This document shows positions 19,448-30,600 of a stretch of DNA of 64,000 bases, piece after piece (the first letter of the stretch is position 1; each line of letters opens with the position of its first letter). The notes below the pieces were generated by a model that worked only from the letters and a program-made list of their open reading frames with translations, was not told the DNA's origin and made no database searches. Both the position numbers and the translations under genes were made by a program. Origin of the DNA: an uncultured archaeon (GTDB taxonomy: Archaea > Thermoproteota > Nitrososphaeria > Nitrososphaerales > Gagatemarchaeaceae); the NCBI GenBank assembly GCA_963799775.1, contig CAWCYD010000003.1, positions 960,001 to 1,024,000 on the forward strand. The letters are read 5' to 3'.

Positions 19448-20284
19448 TCATAGCCAATCAGCGGTAGCGGACTGCCAATCCGCGCGCGAAAAAAGGAATC
19501 CGATTATCAGGGTTGGAATAGGCGCGAGCCCAAAGAATAATCCGGTCAAGAATGGAGGTAGCGAGAAAGTAGCCCCTGTCAGGATGAGGGTGACGTTGAT
19601 TGCCCCATAGCTTAGAGCCTCGACGAGACTGAGAATGACCATCTTGCGTCTCGACCTGATACTCGAGGAGAAATAGATGAAGAAGACTAAAGGTGCGACC
19701 CAAAGGCCGTAAAAAAAGAAGAAAGAAATCGATATGAACGCGCCATCTCCGATTGGACCCGGCTGCGTCAACTGACCTGAGGTCAGGACAGGAATCGCGA
19801 CTAGTGGAAGCGCTATGTTGACCCCCAGACATGCATCGCGAACGATTCGCAGTTTGGGTGAAATCGGTTCCAATCTGGTCTTCTCCGCGTACGCGAGGCC
19901 CCAACCGGTGAGGAGACACAGGGAAGGTGAGATTGCGAAGAGTTCGATGAAGAAATCAAAGCCGGGCGACAATCCGACAACACCGATTATTACGAAGAAG
20001 AAGAAGAAAAAAGGGAAGACGTAGTAGACCAAGGTGAGCAAGGCGAGAGATAGTCTGCCGCTCCACTGCTTCAGGCTCGTTTTCCAAAAATAGTAGACAA
20101 AGGCGACGGGTGGAAACAAGAAGTAAGGGTAGATGAGGTAGTGAAACACAAAGGCTCCCCAAAGGTCAAGAGTGTTTCCGATTGAGAGTTCGAATGCCGT
20201 ATACTCCAGTGCCACTATCGTCAAACCGGTGATGCCAAGACCGAGGATGAGGAAGGCTTGCGGAAGCTTCATCTCAAGTACCAT
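19448..20284 (-). CDS. Hypothetical multi-TM protein, AT-richer than host genes
   Basis: Hydrophobic Phe-rich 278-aa ORF. Confidence 0.6.
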   Translation of the reverse strand: MVLEMKLPQAFLILGLGITGLTIVALEYTAFELSIGNTLDLWGAFVFHYLIYPYFLFPPVAFVYYFWKTSLKQWSGRLSLALLTLVYYVFPFFFFFFVIIGVVGLSPGFDFFIELFAISPSLCLLTGWGLAYAEKTRLEPISPKLRIVRDACLGVNIALPLVAIPVLTSGQLTQPGPIGDGAFISISFFFFYGLWVAPLVFFIYFSSSIRSRRKMVILSLVEALSYGAINVTLILTGATFSLPPFLTGLFFGLAPIPTLIIGFLFSRADWQSATADWL

Positions 20285-20505
20285 CTTATCCGCAGGTTTC
20301 TCCGAGGACCGCCCTTGGGTGGGTCATCCTTGAACCTCCGCCTTCATGTGATGCAGCTCTTTCGGTGATCTCAAGGCAACCACTATAATTGCCGCCAGGT
20401 ATGAAGCTCTTCTTGTCGCTTGCAACGTCACACATCTCGTAAATGATGTCGGAGTGCTGAAGACGCCCGCTCGATTTATAGGTCGGACAGCCGGTCGGCG
20501 CGAAC

Positions 20506-21219
20506 GTGGCAGACCCCTTCGTCGTCGTCGACCAGTTCGCCGCGCAGGGGAAGCTGAAGCCCGCTCTGGTCACGAAGCTGAAGGCCCGAGGCCCGTATCT
20601 CTTTGGCGCGATAGGCCGCGTCGAGAAGGCGACAGGCCTCAAGTATCCTCCGTTCTACGTCGACCCGACCCTCCCGCTAGCTCTCACCTCGGTGGAGTAC
20701 GGGAGCATGGGCGCTTTCTTCGCCAGGGTCATCCCGGCCCCCTTCGAGGGGAGGCTCTCTATCATCGTCCAGTTCACTGCACCTCTCATCCTCTTCGGGG
20801 GCAAGCCGACCATCGAGGCGGTCGCGGGGCACGAGTTCACCCACTACGTGGACCTCGTGAGGAGGCTGAGCAGCGGTGACGTCCTCAGCGACGAGAGGGT
20901 CAGCACGCTCTTCGAGGCGGGGCACGCCGACGAGGAGAGGCTCATCAGCCCGAAGAAGGTCTTCGCGGGCGACAAGGCCCTGGCGAAGCTCATCGACAAG
21001 AAGTTCACGCCCAACCTCACCGACCCAAAGCTCGACGAGAAGGTCAGCAAGAGCTGGATAGCAAAGGGCCTGCCCACGAAGACCGTCTCGACGGAGGACA
21101 ACGTCGCCAGGCTGGACATGGGCGTGGTCGCGAGGACGAGCTTCGACCCTTCCCTCCTCGAGAGGATCAGGGCGATGGAAGCGCCGTCCCCGCCGCAGGG
21201 CAAGCGCCCCCGGAAGTGA
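20506..21219 (+). CDS. Conserved hypothetical protein with HEXXH motif
   Basis: AGHEFTHY; host-like codon usage; GTGA overlap with the next gene. Confidence 0.7.
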   Translation: MADPFVVVDQFAAQGKLKPALVTKLKARGPYLFGAIGRVEKATGLKYPPFYVDPTLPLALTSVEYGSMGAFFARVIPAPFEGRLSIIVQFTAPLILFGGKPTIEAVAGHEFTHYVDLVRRLSSGDVLSDERVSTLFEAGHADEERLISPKKVFAGDKALAKLIDKKFTPNLTDPKLDEKVSKSWIAKGLPTKTVSTEDNVARLDMGVVARTSFDPSLLERIRAMEAPSPPQGKRPRK

Positions 21220-22881
21220 TTTGGCCGATGATGCTCAACCGGCTAAAGGCCGAAGAGACCAGCCAGCTTCTCGAGGTGGCTGACTCGGTCGTCGGCAGCG
21301 GGAAGGCACTCTCCGTGGCCGCCTACGGCTCGAAAGTCGCGGGGTATGCGAAGCCTGACTCGGACTACGACCTCATCGTCGTCGCGAAGAAGTTCAGGGG
21401 CGGAATAAAATACCAATACGTCCACGAGCCCGTCACCGCGGCGGCCCTGGTGGTCGAGGCGGAACTCCTCGAGAAGGACGCCGTCAGGGCCTACCTGGGC
21501 GAGTTCGTCTCCGGCAGGCTCCTCAACGTCTACGAGCCGCTCCTCAACGGCGACCTCATCAAGAGCGCGGAGGTGGAGTCGAAGAAGAGGGTCCTCGCGG
21601 AGGAGATACTCGAGATCGCCTCGGTCCAAGGCGAGTTCTCGCACGGACTCATCATCCCCCTCGAGTACTTCCTGTTCAACAAGCTCCACAAGAGGGCGAT
21701 AGTCTACCCGCCGGCCCTCTACAGCTACATCAAGACATACACGTGCCCGTCGGGGGAGGAGAACAAGGCGTTCACGCTCGAGGGGTTCGCGGAGGCCGCA
21801 ATCTCCCTCGAGAAGAGCGGGGTGCTGAGGTTCGAGCCGAGGGCGGGCGCCCCCGTCATCAGGATTCTAGGCGAGGGGCTGAGGAGCAGGGCGTTCGGGA
21901 GCGTCCTCTCCCTCTTCAACCTCACGACGAGGGGCGTGAGGCAGTACGCGGTCCACGGCTACGCGGGGCGCGTAGGGATCAACGTCTTCAAGGACGAGGC
22001 CCTCTCCAAGGTCAAGAGGATGCAGGAGAAGTCGGACCCCCCGACGGAGCTCGAGGAGCCGAAGCTGCTGATAGGGCTCGCAGAGGGGTTCGCCGTCCCG
22101 AAGACGGAGATGATGCTCGAGAGGCTGGCGAGCATCGCAGGCATGGCGGAGTACACGAAGAGGGAGAAGAACCTCGGGGAGATTTACTCGACCGCGAAGC
22201 TCCTCACGCTCAGGGGGGAGGACGGGAAGGAGGCGAGGTTCGTCCTGAAGCACTTCGCGGACATCCGCTCCGTGAAGTGGACCCTCCTGAACTTCTGGTC
22301 GCACTCGCGCAAGTTCAGCACTTCCCCGCAGGCGAGGATGCACAGGGAGTACAGCGCCACCCTGGCGCTGAGGGCGAAGGACGTCAGGGCACCGGCCATA
22401 CTGGGCGCGGTCCTCGACGACAAGGTCCTCTGCGAAGGAGTTCGTCGAGGGGGAGAGGTTCTCGGACATCGTCCAGCGGATACTGATGGGCAGGTCTGAC
22501 GACACGGCGCTCGTCGAGAGGTTCGGCGAGGCGATGGCCGCGGTCCACAAGGCGGGGTATGCGCTGGGGGACTCGAAGGCGACGAATATCATCATCCAAG
22601 AAGACGGCGGGCTGTGCTTCACGGACCTCGAGCAGGCGAGCGAGGGAGGGGACCAGGGCTGGGACATCGCGGCCTTCCTCTACTACCAGGCGAAGCTCTC
22701 CTTCAAGGAGGTCGGGATGAAGAAGGTGGCGGGTGCGTTCCTCAGGGGTTACGGGGAGTCGAACGGGCCCGAGAACATCGCGAAGGCGAAGAGCACGAAA
22801 TACATCACCCCCTTCAGGCCCCTGAGCGCCCCTCAGATGCTAAAGGTCGTCAGGGAGTCGCTCGAAGCGCAGTCGCGCTAG
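21216..22881 (+). CDS. Nucleotidyltransferase / protein-kinase-like fusion (frameshift near 22432)
   Basis: YGSKVAGYAKPDSDYD (Pol-beta NTase); VLKHF, LGDSKATN, FTDLEQA (kinase-like). Confidence 0.75.
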
Positions 22882-22901
22882 ACAGACCCTGGACCCGTCC
22901 A

Positions 22902-23516
22902 TCACTCAAAGCGGGTATAGGCCAGCAGCACAAGCTGTCCGTTGTAGGCAGTCGGGGGCGACTGGACGTATACCGTGAAGGTCCACTGGACCGACCCAGT
23001 GCCGAACCCCGCGGTGTAGTTGCCCATGATGGGGAGGGAAGGGCTCACCTGGACGACAGTGAAGCCGGGAGTGAGGGCCGTGACGTTCGTGACAAAGACC
23101 GGGCAGGACACGCATGCGCTGTAGCCTATCTGGAAGAGGACAGGAACGTCGCTCCCCGGGGTCCCTCCCAACCAGAGCGTGTCACCGAAGATGCTCGTGT
23201 CGTTCGTCGCGAGGCGGTTGTCAGCAGGGCCGTCGACGTCCCCTACCACGTTGAAGATCGCCAGTTGAGGGACGTCACACGGCGATACCGGGCACGTGCT
23301 AGTAGAGTTCGTCGACACCGTCGTCGAGTTTGAGGCCGCAGCGGTCGACGAGCTGGAGTTTGAAGTGGTCTTCACCAGAGTGGAAGAGCTCTCAGTGACC
23401 GGGAGCGTGCTAGTCGTGTTGAGACTTGTGGCGGCCGGTGGATTCCTCAGCGAAACTGAGATCTCGAACGTGACCGCGGCAACTGAGACGAAGACTAGGA
23501 TGGCCACGATCGCCAT
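22902..23516 (-). CDS. Membrane-anchored hypothetical protein with S/T linker
   Basis: N-terminal TM, S/T-rich stretch, beta-rich C domain. Confidence 0.6.
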   Translation of the reverse strand: MAIVAILVFVSVAAVTFEISVSLRNPPAATSLNTTSTLPVTESSSTLVKTTSNSSSSTAAASNSTTVSTNSTSTCPVSPCDVPQLAIFNVVGDVDGPADNRLATNDTSIFGDTLWLGGTPGSDVPVLFQIGYSACVSCPVFVTNVTALTPGFTVVQVSPSLPIMGNYTAGFGTGSVQWTFTVYVQSPPTAYNGQLVLLAYTRFE

Positions 23517-23634
23517 GAAGGTCCTTTCCTACCGCAAACCGCCTGCCTTGGGGCTGCAACACCCGGCAGTGGCGGAAGCGCGATTATTATCTTTTATCGT
23601 AAAGTTATGAATAACTCTACTGTCGGAGGCCGAA

Positions 23635-23922
23635 CTATACCTTCGGATTCTTAAAAGTCGTGTAGCCGCAGTTGCCGCAGGACAGCCTGTCCTTGTGCTC
23701 TGCCATGAAGTACCCCTTGCCGCACCTCGGGCACTCCTTCTTCAGCCTCTGGACCGTCTCCCCGCTGACCTTGTAGAGCTTCCAGACCTGGACGTTTGCG
23801 CGGGGCTTTCGCTCCTTTCGGACCTTCCGGACCTTCGGTGCCTCCGCAGGCTCTGCGCCCGGAGCTGGAGGCGGCGCCGCTGGGGCCGCTGGTGGTGGGG
23901 CCGGAGGAGGTGCCTTGGACAA
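23635..23922 (-). CDS. rps27ae: 30S ribosomal protein S27ae
   Basis: [25 protein letters not shown] zinc ribbon. Confidence 0.95.
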   Translation of the reverse strand: MSKAPPPAPPPAAPAAPPPAPGAEPAEAPKVRKVRKERKPRANVQVWKLYKVSGETVQRLKKECPRCGKGYFMAEHKDRLSCGNCGYTTFKNPKV

Positions 23923-24282
23923 TTACTTCTTCTTGGCTCCCTTTTGCTGCTTTGCCTGGACGGCCGCCTGATCTGCCTTCTTCTTTGCCTCCTTGGCTGC
24001 GGCCCTCTCTTCCTTCGTCATCAATCGTTCCCTGAGGTAGGTCGGCGAGACGCTCTTGAGCGCCGCGTCGGAGTCATAGATCCTGAAAGAGCCCAGCACG
24101 TCCCTCTTGCCCGAGCCCGACGCGAGCTTGAGCAGGGCGACCCTGTTCTCCTCGACCTTCATCGACTGGGCGACCTCGTTGACCGCGTCCCTCCTCGAGA
24201 TGCTTCCCGCCTTGTCCGGGAAGAGGACGTCAACGTCGGTCCTCTTCAGGAGCTTCGACTCCTTCTTCTCTAATATCTGCAA
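23923..24282 (-). CDS. rps24e: 30S ribosomal protein S24e
   Basis: Sequence pattern and position upstream of rps27ae. Confidence 0.88.
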   Translation of the reverse strand: MQILEKKESKLLKRTDVDVLFPDKAGSISRRDAVNEVAQSMKVEENRVALLKLASGSGKRDVLGSFRIYDSDAALKSVSPTYLRERLMTKEERAAAKEAKKKADQAAVQAKQQKGAKKK

Positions 24283-24352
24283 GCGATTTTCCTAGCGACC
24301 CGCAAGGAGGGGTGATTAAAGCCCTTTCGGGCGCGAGAGCACGGATTCGAGT

Positions 24353-25721
24353 CTATCTCACCACTGATATCCCTTCAGGCCCCACCCTAAGCTGCGAGGG
24401 GAAGAGGCCGCGTATCGCGATGACGTTCTTGTCGTCGTGCGCCCCCGAGAAGAGGATGAAGATCGCCATGACGCGCCTCCCGCTTATCACCTCGCCAGCC
24501 TCCTTCAGGAACTTGTAGCACGCTGGGAACCCGGAGAAGATCATCATGTCCGATATGCTGTCGAAGATTATGGCCGTGGGCTCGGTGGTGGAGGACAGCG
24601 TCCTATCGAGCACGTCGAGAAGTACCCCGAGTCGAAGAGCGGGACGTTGACCTCGTCGGGGTTGGTGGGGGAGGGCGAGACGTATCTGGCGGACTCTGAC
24701 ATCGTGTAAAGCTTGACCCCAGTGACCGAGGAGAAGGCCGAATGGAGCCGGCTGCCCTTCCCCGAGATCAGGAATACGCCCCGCTTCTCGGCTTGGAAGT
24801 CCTTCACCAACGCCTCGAGAGACGCTTCATATCTCGCCGAGGTGTCGACCTCGATGAGTGTGAGCTCGCCGTCCTCGAGACGGATCACGTCTCCGTCAGT
24901 GGCGCGGGCCTCAGACGCCACGCCTCGCCCGCGCCCGAGGCCGTCGGGGTCGCAGGGTTGACGAAGCCGGAGTAGATCGCGGCGTTCCTAAAGTTCCGGG
25001 CTATCAGCCCGAAGAAGACGCTGAGTATCACGTATGCGATGGCGGTGAGGTCGATCGCGAAGTTGTAGAGGGAGACCGCTGACATGAGGTAGATCGCCGA
25101 GCTCCCGGCCCAGCCGATCGCCAGCCCGTACTGGGCGCGCCTCATCTGCGGGTTCTGCACCTTCCGGGCCGAGACCGCGAGCAACCCCACGGGATAGACG
25201 AGGAAGAGGACGAAGAGGAGGCCCACGGAGATCGCGAAGGTCGTGGAGTAGGAGGCCGCAAGGACCGTCCCACCGGCAAAGTCCTGCGCCGTGATGGTGG
25301 AGAATGGCCTGACGAAAGCCAGGTAGGCCTCCGCGCTGCTCGTCCCGAGGACGAAGATCAGGAACATGACAAAGTGCTTGGGACGGGAGCGCAGGTCGGA
25401 GAGCAGGAGGGAGTAGGTCGACCCGTTGGGCCTCAGATACGTCCCCACCGCCGCCAAGAAGAGGAGGATCGACTCTAGGAAGCCGAGGCCGAAGGGGAGG
25501 AGGGGGTAGACGTAGAGGAGCGCGGGGCTTCCCGTGAGGATCCTCGCAAGGTCTGCCAGCATCAGGAACAAGATGACGATGTAGACCTCGACCAGAAAGT
25601 CCCGGATCAGCTGGTACGAGGTCAGGCGCTGCCTGAAGGTGAGGTATCCGGAGAACAGGGTTATCGAGATGGCGACGAGGTAGAGAGCGACGTTGACGAC
25701 GAGAGAGAGACCTGAGATCAA
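24353..25721 (-). CDS. Multi-TM protein with C-terminal degenerate RecA/KaiC-fold (DUF835-like) domain; frameshifts ~24930, ~24625
   Basis: TTG at 25721 overlaps the upstream stop; ~7 TM segments; AIIFDSISD Walker-B-like motif. Confidence 0.55.
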
Positions 25722-26261
25722 ACAGACATCTGCCGGAGGATCTCTCGCGCGCGCTCCTTGGACCTCTCGTTGACCTCGACGGCCACCACCCCCTCGAGAG
25801 GCTGCCCATAGAAGACCACGGCCCCGGTCGGGGCCTCGATCACCGCGGGGATCGTGAGGAGGTCCATCCTCCCCGTCTATCAGGACCATGGCCGGCTTCA
25901 GGCCCGCGAAGGCCTTTTTCATCACCGTGAGGGAGGCACCCGTGATCCGGCCCGCGGGGTTCTTGGCCTTGAGGGTGGAGGCGTGCGCTATCTGGGGCAC
26001 CTCTCGCACTGCCCTCCTCTCGAGGCCGTCTACCACGAACACATCGGGGGAGCGGCCCATCGTCTCCTGGAGGGTCTCGGTCACCCTGTCGCCCACTGTG
26101 ACCACGAACTTCGCCTGCGCGGCGAGGCCGAGGAACTCCTCCCCCCTCACGTCGACGGCGGGGAACAGCCGTCCGAGGGGCCGCTTCAGTCTTCTGCGGA
26201 GAGCGGGCGTGAGGAGGCGGTCGCCCTTTGTCGGTTTCTTGCCGCCCCTGGCCGCCTTCAA
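25718..26261 (-). CDS. GTP-dependent dephospho-CoA kinase (DUF359), frameshift near 25865
   Basis: LKRPLG, TVGDRVT, NPAGRIT, IDGED; shifted frame gives VFYGQPLEGVV; downstream of spt4. Confidence 0.88.
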
Positions 26262-26265
26262 GACG

Positions 26266-26454
26266 CTAGCTTACCTTGAGAGCGTAACGGCCGGGGACCG
26301 TTATGCCGAGGGTCTGAGCCACGTTGGAGTGGTTTACGTCGAGCACAATCACCAGGCCGGACCACTCGTTGCTCAGCTCGTTCGACTTGTCGTTGGGGCA
26401 GACCTTGTCGTGGGTGAGCATGTGGCACTTTCTGCATGCTTGCTCTCGCGCCAT
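26266..26454 (-). CDS. spt4: Transcription elongation factor Spt4 (RpoE'')
   Basis: ACRKCH...CPND...WSGLVIV...PGRYALKV. Confidence 0.95.
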   Translation of the reverse strand: MAREQACRKCHMLTHDKVCPNDKSNELSNEWSGLVIVLDVNHSNVAQTLGITVPGRYALKVS

Positions 26455-26482
26455 TCTCTATCTCGACTCTCCTCAGACTTCT

Positions 26483-27065
26483 CTAGGCGGCCCTTGCAGC
26501 GGCCTTCGCCTGCTTCTGGACCTTCTGGACCTCTTCCTCGACCCATTCCAGGGCGCCTAGGAACGGCTGCCTGCAGGTCACTCCTATCTTGCCCATCGAG
26601 ATGCCGTGCCCGAGGCTCACCGCGGTTATCCTCACGCGGACCTTGCTCCCGACCTTGAGCGTCCTCTTGCTCTGCGAGGCCGTGATGACTCCCGACTTTA
26701 CGTCGCTGGTCAGGTAGTCGTCCATTATCTGGCTCAGGTGGAGGAGGGCGTCCGTGGGGCCTATCCTCACGAAGGCCCCAAAGTCTGTGATCTCCACTAT
26801 CTCTCCCTCGACTATCTCCTGCTTGAGCGGGAAGAACGAGATGAACCTGGAACCTGACCTTATGGTAGGTCGCCCCGTCTCCCGGGATTATCTTCCCTAT
26901 CTTGTCGACCTTGACGTTCGTCACAAGGACGAGGTAGCCGTTCTCCGGGCTGATGGTGCTCTCGTACTTTTGCTTGAGCAGCTCTAGCGCTACGTTCTCG
27001 AGGTTCCCGCCGAAACGGTCTGGGGGCACCCGCACGACATCTTCAAGTTCGACTAGTTGAAACAT
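26483..27065 (-). CDS. rpoE: RNA polymerase subunit Rpo7 (E'), frameshift near 26845
   Basis: DVVRVPP, GKIIPGDGATY, FGAFVRIGPTDALLHLSQI, CRQPFLG. Confidence 0.95.
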
Positions 27066-27203
27066 GATATACCCTAGGGAGAGTTGCGCCTTTTTGGAAC
27101 CCTAATAAAAGATTTCCCCGAAATTTCAGGGTTCTCCTCCATGGAAACTAGCTTTCGCCCCTTCAGTGAAAACGAAGCATGAAATGGCTGAAACCATCCG
27201 TCT

Positions 27204-27638
27204 TCAGGCCCAAACGCGCCCTCCCCTGAGGGAGACCACGGTCTTCACGTGAGAGGCCCGGAGCCTTTCGGCGAGCTCGGAGTCGATGGTGGCCGCAGCC
27301 GCGCCCTCCTTCAGCGCGAAGGACACGATCTCGTCGTCGGGCTTTCCGCCGCCATCGTCCTGCAGGGAGAAGAATCCGTCGCGGATGAGCTCCAGTGCGA
27401 GCGAGGCGAACCTTGCTTTCTTGACCTTGGTCGCCGCAAGCCGCTCCAACTCCTCGCGGACAGACTCGAGCACCACAGGTGTGAAGGCGCCGAGCTTCTC
27501 GAGCATGTCCTCTCGCCAAGGTGTCGGATGCTCCATGACCGAGATGAGGAAGCTGCTGTCGAAGACGACGGTCTTTCGCGGCTTTGTGAAAGCGGAAGCT
27601 CGGTGGGTTGCCGACTTACTTGATGAGGCCGGACCCAA
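27204..27638 (-). CDS. Housekeeping PIN-domain protein (Fcf1/Utp24-like)
   Basis: VVFDSSFL...VREEL...PDDEI...ATID; conserved position after aIF2gamma. Confidence 0.8.
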   Translation of the reverse strand: MGPASSSKSATHRASAFTKPRKTVVFDSSFLISVMEHPTPWREDMLEKLGAFTPVVLESVREELERLAATKVKKARFASLALELIRDGFFSLQDDGGGKPDDEIVSFALKEGAAAATIDSELAERLRASHVKTVVSLRGGRVWA

Positions 27639-30600
27639 TCAGGCGCCACCTCTCTGCGATTCTCCTGCTGATAGCGACGCGCGCTCCCTCCTCGGCGACG
27701 ACGGGCTTCTTGAGGTCAAGCTCGGCGACTGTCTCCCGGGCGGATGTGACCGTCCCCAGCGTGGAGGCGGTCCCCACGTTGAGCCTCAATGTCTCCTGGA
27801 CCTTGACCTTGTCCACCTTGATCAGGGCGGAGGAGCCCACGGCCTGGTCGAAGAGCTGCAGGTCGAGCGTGATGTGAGTCCTGATCGGCGGCAGGCTACC
27901 GGACTTGCCTACGAGGTTGCCCACGAGGACGTCTCCCTTTGTGAGACGCGGGTCTAGCGTGGTCCCCAGAGCGATCAGGCCGCCAGGCCCCACCTTCTCG
28001 GTCATGCCTGCTCCCGTCCCGAGGCTGGCCACCTTGGTGCTTATCGGCGTGTACTTGCCGCTCCTCTCCTCGACGAGGCCCGGGGAGATCTCTATCTCGT
28101 CGCCGACCCTTATCTCGCCGCTCACAAGGCTGCCTCCAAGGACCCCTCCCACGAGCGACTTTACGTCGGCCCCTGGCCTGTTAACGTCGAAGCTCCTGAG
28201 GATATACATCTTAGGGGCGGCGCTCATGTCGTGCTTCGGGGTGGGGATGTTCTCCTCTATCGCCTCGATCAGGGCGTCGATGTTTATCCTGTTCTGCGCC
28301 GAGACAGGGATGACCGGCGCGTCTGCCCCGACGGTGTTGGCGAGGAACTGCTTGATCGCCTCGTAGTTCTTCCTCGCGCCGTCGGCGTCGACCCTGTCTA
28401 TCTTGTTCTGGACGACGACCATCTTCTTCATCCCGAGCATCTGGAGCGCGAGCATGTGCTCACGGGTCTGAGGCATCGGGACGGGCTCGTTCGCGGTGAT
28501 GACCAGGATCACCCCGTCCATGAGCGCCGCTCCGGCGAGCATGTTGGTCATGAGGCTCTCGTGGCCGGGGCAGTCGACGAAGCTCATGGCCCTGAGAAAG
28601 TGAGTATCCTTCCCGCATACCGGGCAGACGGGGGAGGTGGAGTAGGCTTCGGGCGGAGGGGTGACAGGACACTTGTACAAGGCCGCGTCCGCGTAGCCGA
28701 CCTTTATCGTGATTCCCCGCTTCAGCTCCTCGCTGTGGGCGCTGGCCCAGACGCCCGTGATGGCCTGGACAAGACTGGTGTTGTGGCAGACTGTAGCCCC
28801 CTTCCCTGCAAGAAAGTTGGCGTGGTCCGGTACTGTCATGTCGAACACCGGACCATCGTGGTCTTCCGCCCTGATAGTGACTATTCTATCGAACTCCAGA
28901 GATGGCGAAGCCAGCCTTCTGAACTGCTCAAGGGCCTGATTGCCGTAGCGCAATACTCCCCTTGTTTCTCCCTTGAGTTTCCTAGCTACCATGAGGAGCT
29001 CCTTGCTCGAGCCCGATCGTAAGATGCGGGTCAGCCACTTTCTGCTATGTCCGAACTCTCCGCTGACCTCTTGGAGCGACATTCCGATGAGGGAAGAATG
29101 AGCTCTCAGCTTGGCGCCGTCAGTCCCCATTCTGGACTGTGAAGATTCCACGTCTCGAAGCTGATCTTCGACCGCCCTTATCACTAGAAGGAGCTTTGTC
29201 CGGGATAGGCGACCCTTTCGGATTGCATCCTGATACGCCTTGTACCAATCCGACTCCTTCATGACTTTCTGAGCAGGCAACCTAGGGAAGGCTTCTCTCA
29301 TGACGCCGCTCTCTTTGAACAAGACTTGGAGCACCTTCGCATTGATCGGGATACTTCGGTCGGTCTCTTTCGAGTCGAGCCTTATGCTCTTCAGATATGA
29401 GAGTAACCTGTCTTGGACCCTGGAATCTTCGAACCCGATGCTTTCCGCGAATGCCCTGAGGTCTTTTCTCCCTGAGACGATTATGCGACCGTAGACCTTC
29501 CTTCCCTTCTTCGTTGGGCTCCACTTCGTTCCAAACTTCGGGACGATTCCAAAGGAATGAAGCAAGTAGCCGATAATGGCTATGTTGTGGTCATTGAGCT
29601 GCGTCACACATATTTGTCCGTGGTCGTTGAACTCTCCATCCAGAGTGAAGAACCATCGGAGGAACAGCGCCTTTTGTTTTCTCGGCAGTTTGCAGACCCA
29701 ATCAGCCATTCCGCAGACAGATTCGTTTCCAGGGACAAAGTTGAATCTTGAACTCAGATAGTCGACGAACGCTTTGTTGTGGATAGCGTAGCGGTCGTCG
29801 TAGCACCTGGTCTCTTGCTTCAATCTTTCCTGAGTGATCTTCAGGAATTCAGCGAGCATCCCTTGCTGGACAGACTGCGTGATGTCGACTCTGTGCGGGT
29901 CGCTCGAACCTTCTGACCATACAAATGCGAACCACTTTACAATCTCATCGTCAAGTGACATTTCCACCAATCTTCGGATAATCCTTCTATTGCCGCGCAT
30001 CTGCTCAGCGAGGAATTCATTCGGCCCTAGCGTAATGGGGCAACCGCTCTTGAATGCCTTGATTATTCTGTCCCTTTGACTGATACTTGCCGCCTTCTCT
30101 TGTCTCACGATACGGGCGTATGTCTTTGGATCAATCCTGGCGAGTCGCATGAAGGTAGTCTTGTTCAGTCCCAAGATCATCCTTGTGTTCTCGAATCGGT
30201 CTACGCCGAGAGCGCCATAGTCTGTGAAGTCCGATGTGGCGGACTTGACTGATTGATAATCAGTCCAAGAGACTATCTTGTATGACTTTTGAAGATGGGG
30301 GATTGGGTCAGGAAGAGTAACTTCCTCACCAAGTGGCACCCTCGAAACGAATGAGGCATAATCGCCCAATCTGATGTCCTTCGCCTTGACCCATTGGAGC
30401 ACCCCCTGTCTGTTGATTAGCAGTGGATGCTCGGGTGTTACGCGGAGTTCTCTCCCTGACTTTCCCTTGATGGAAAACATATGTCCCTTGTAATGCTGGA
30501 CGAAGAGTAACGAAGACGCGGTGACAGGCTCGAGAGCCGAATTGAGGCTTAGGACTTTGTTGTAGGTTAGCTGGTATACCTCCTCTCCGTTGACCTGACT

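Noticed and set aside
24885-26261. Apparent 458-aa fusion of dephospho-CoA kinase with a membrane protein
   Set aside because: Artefact of a frameshift near 25865; the kinase has its own stop at 25718-25720
27204-27638. PIN gene as a third toxin
   Set aside because: Conserved housekeeping position after aIF2gamma; no antitoxin partner
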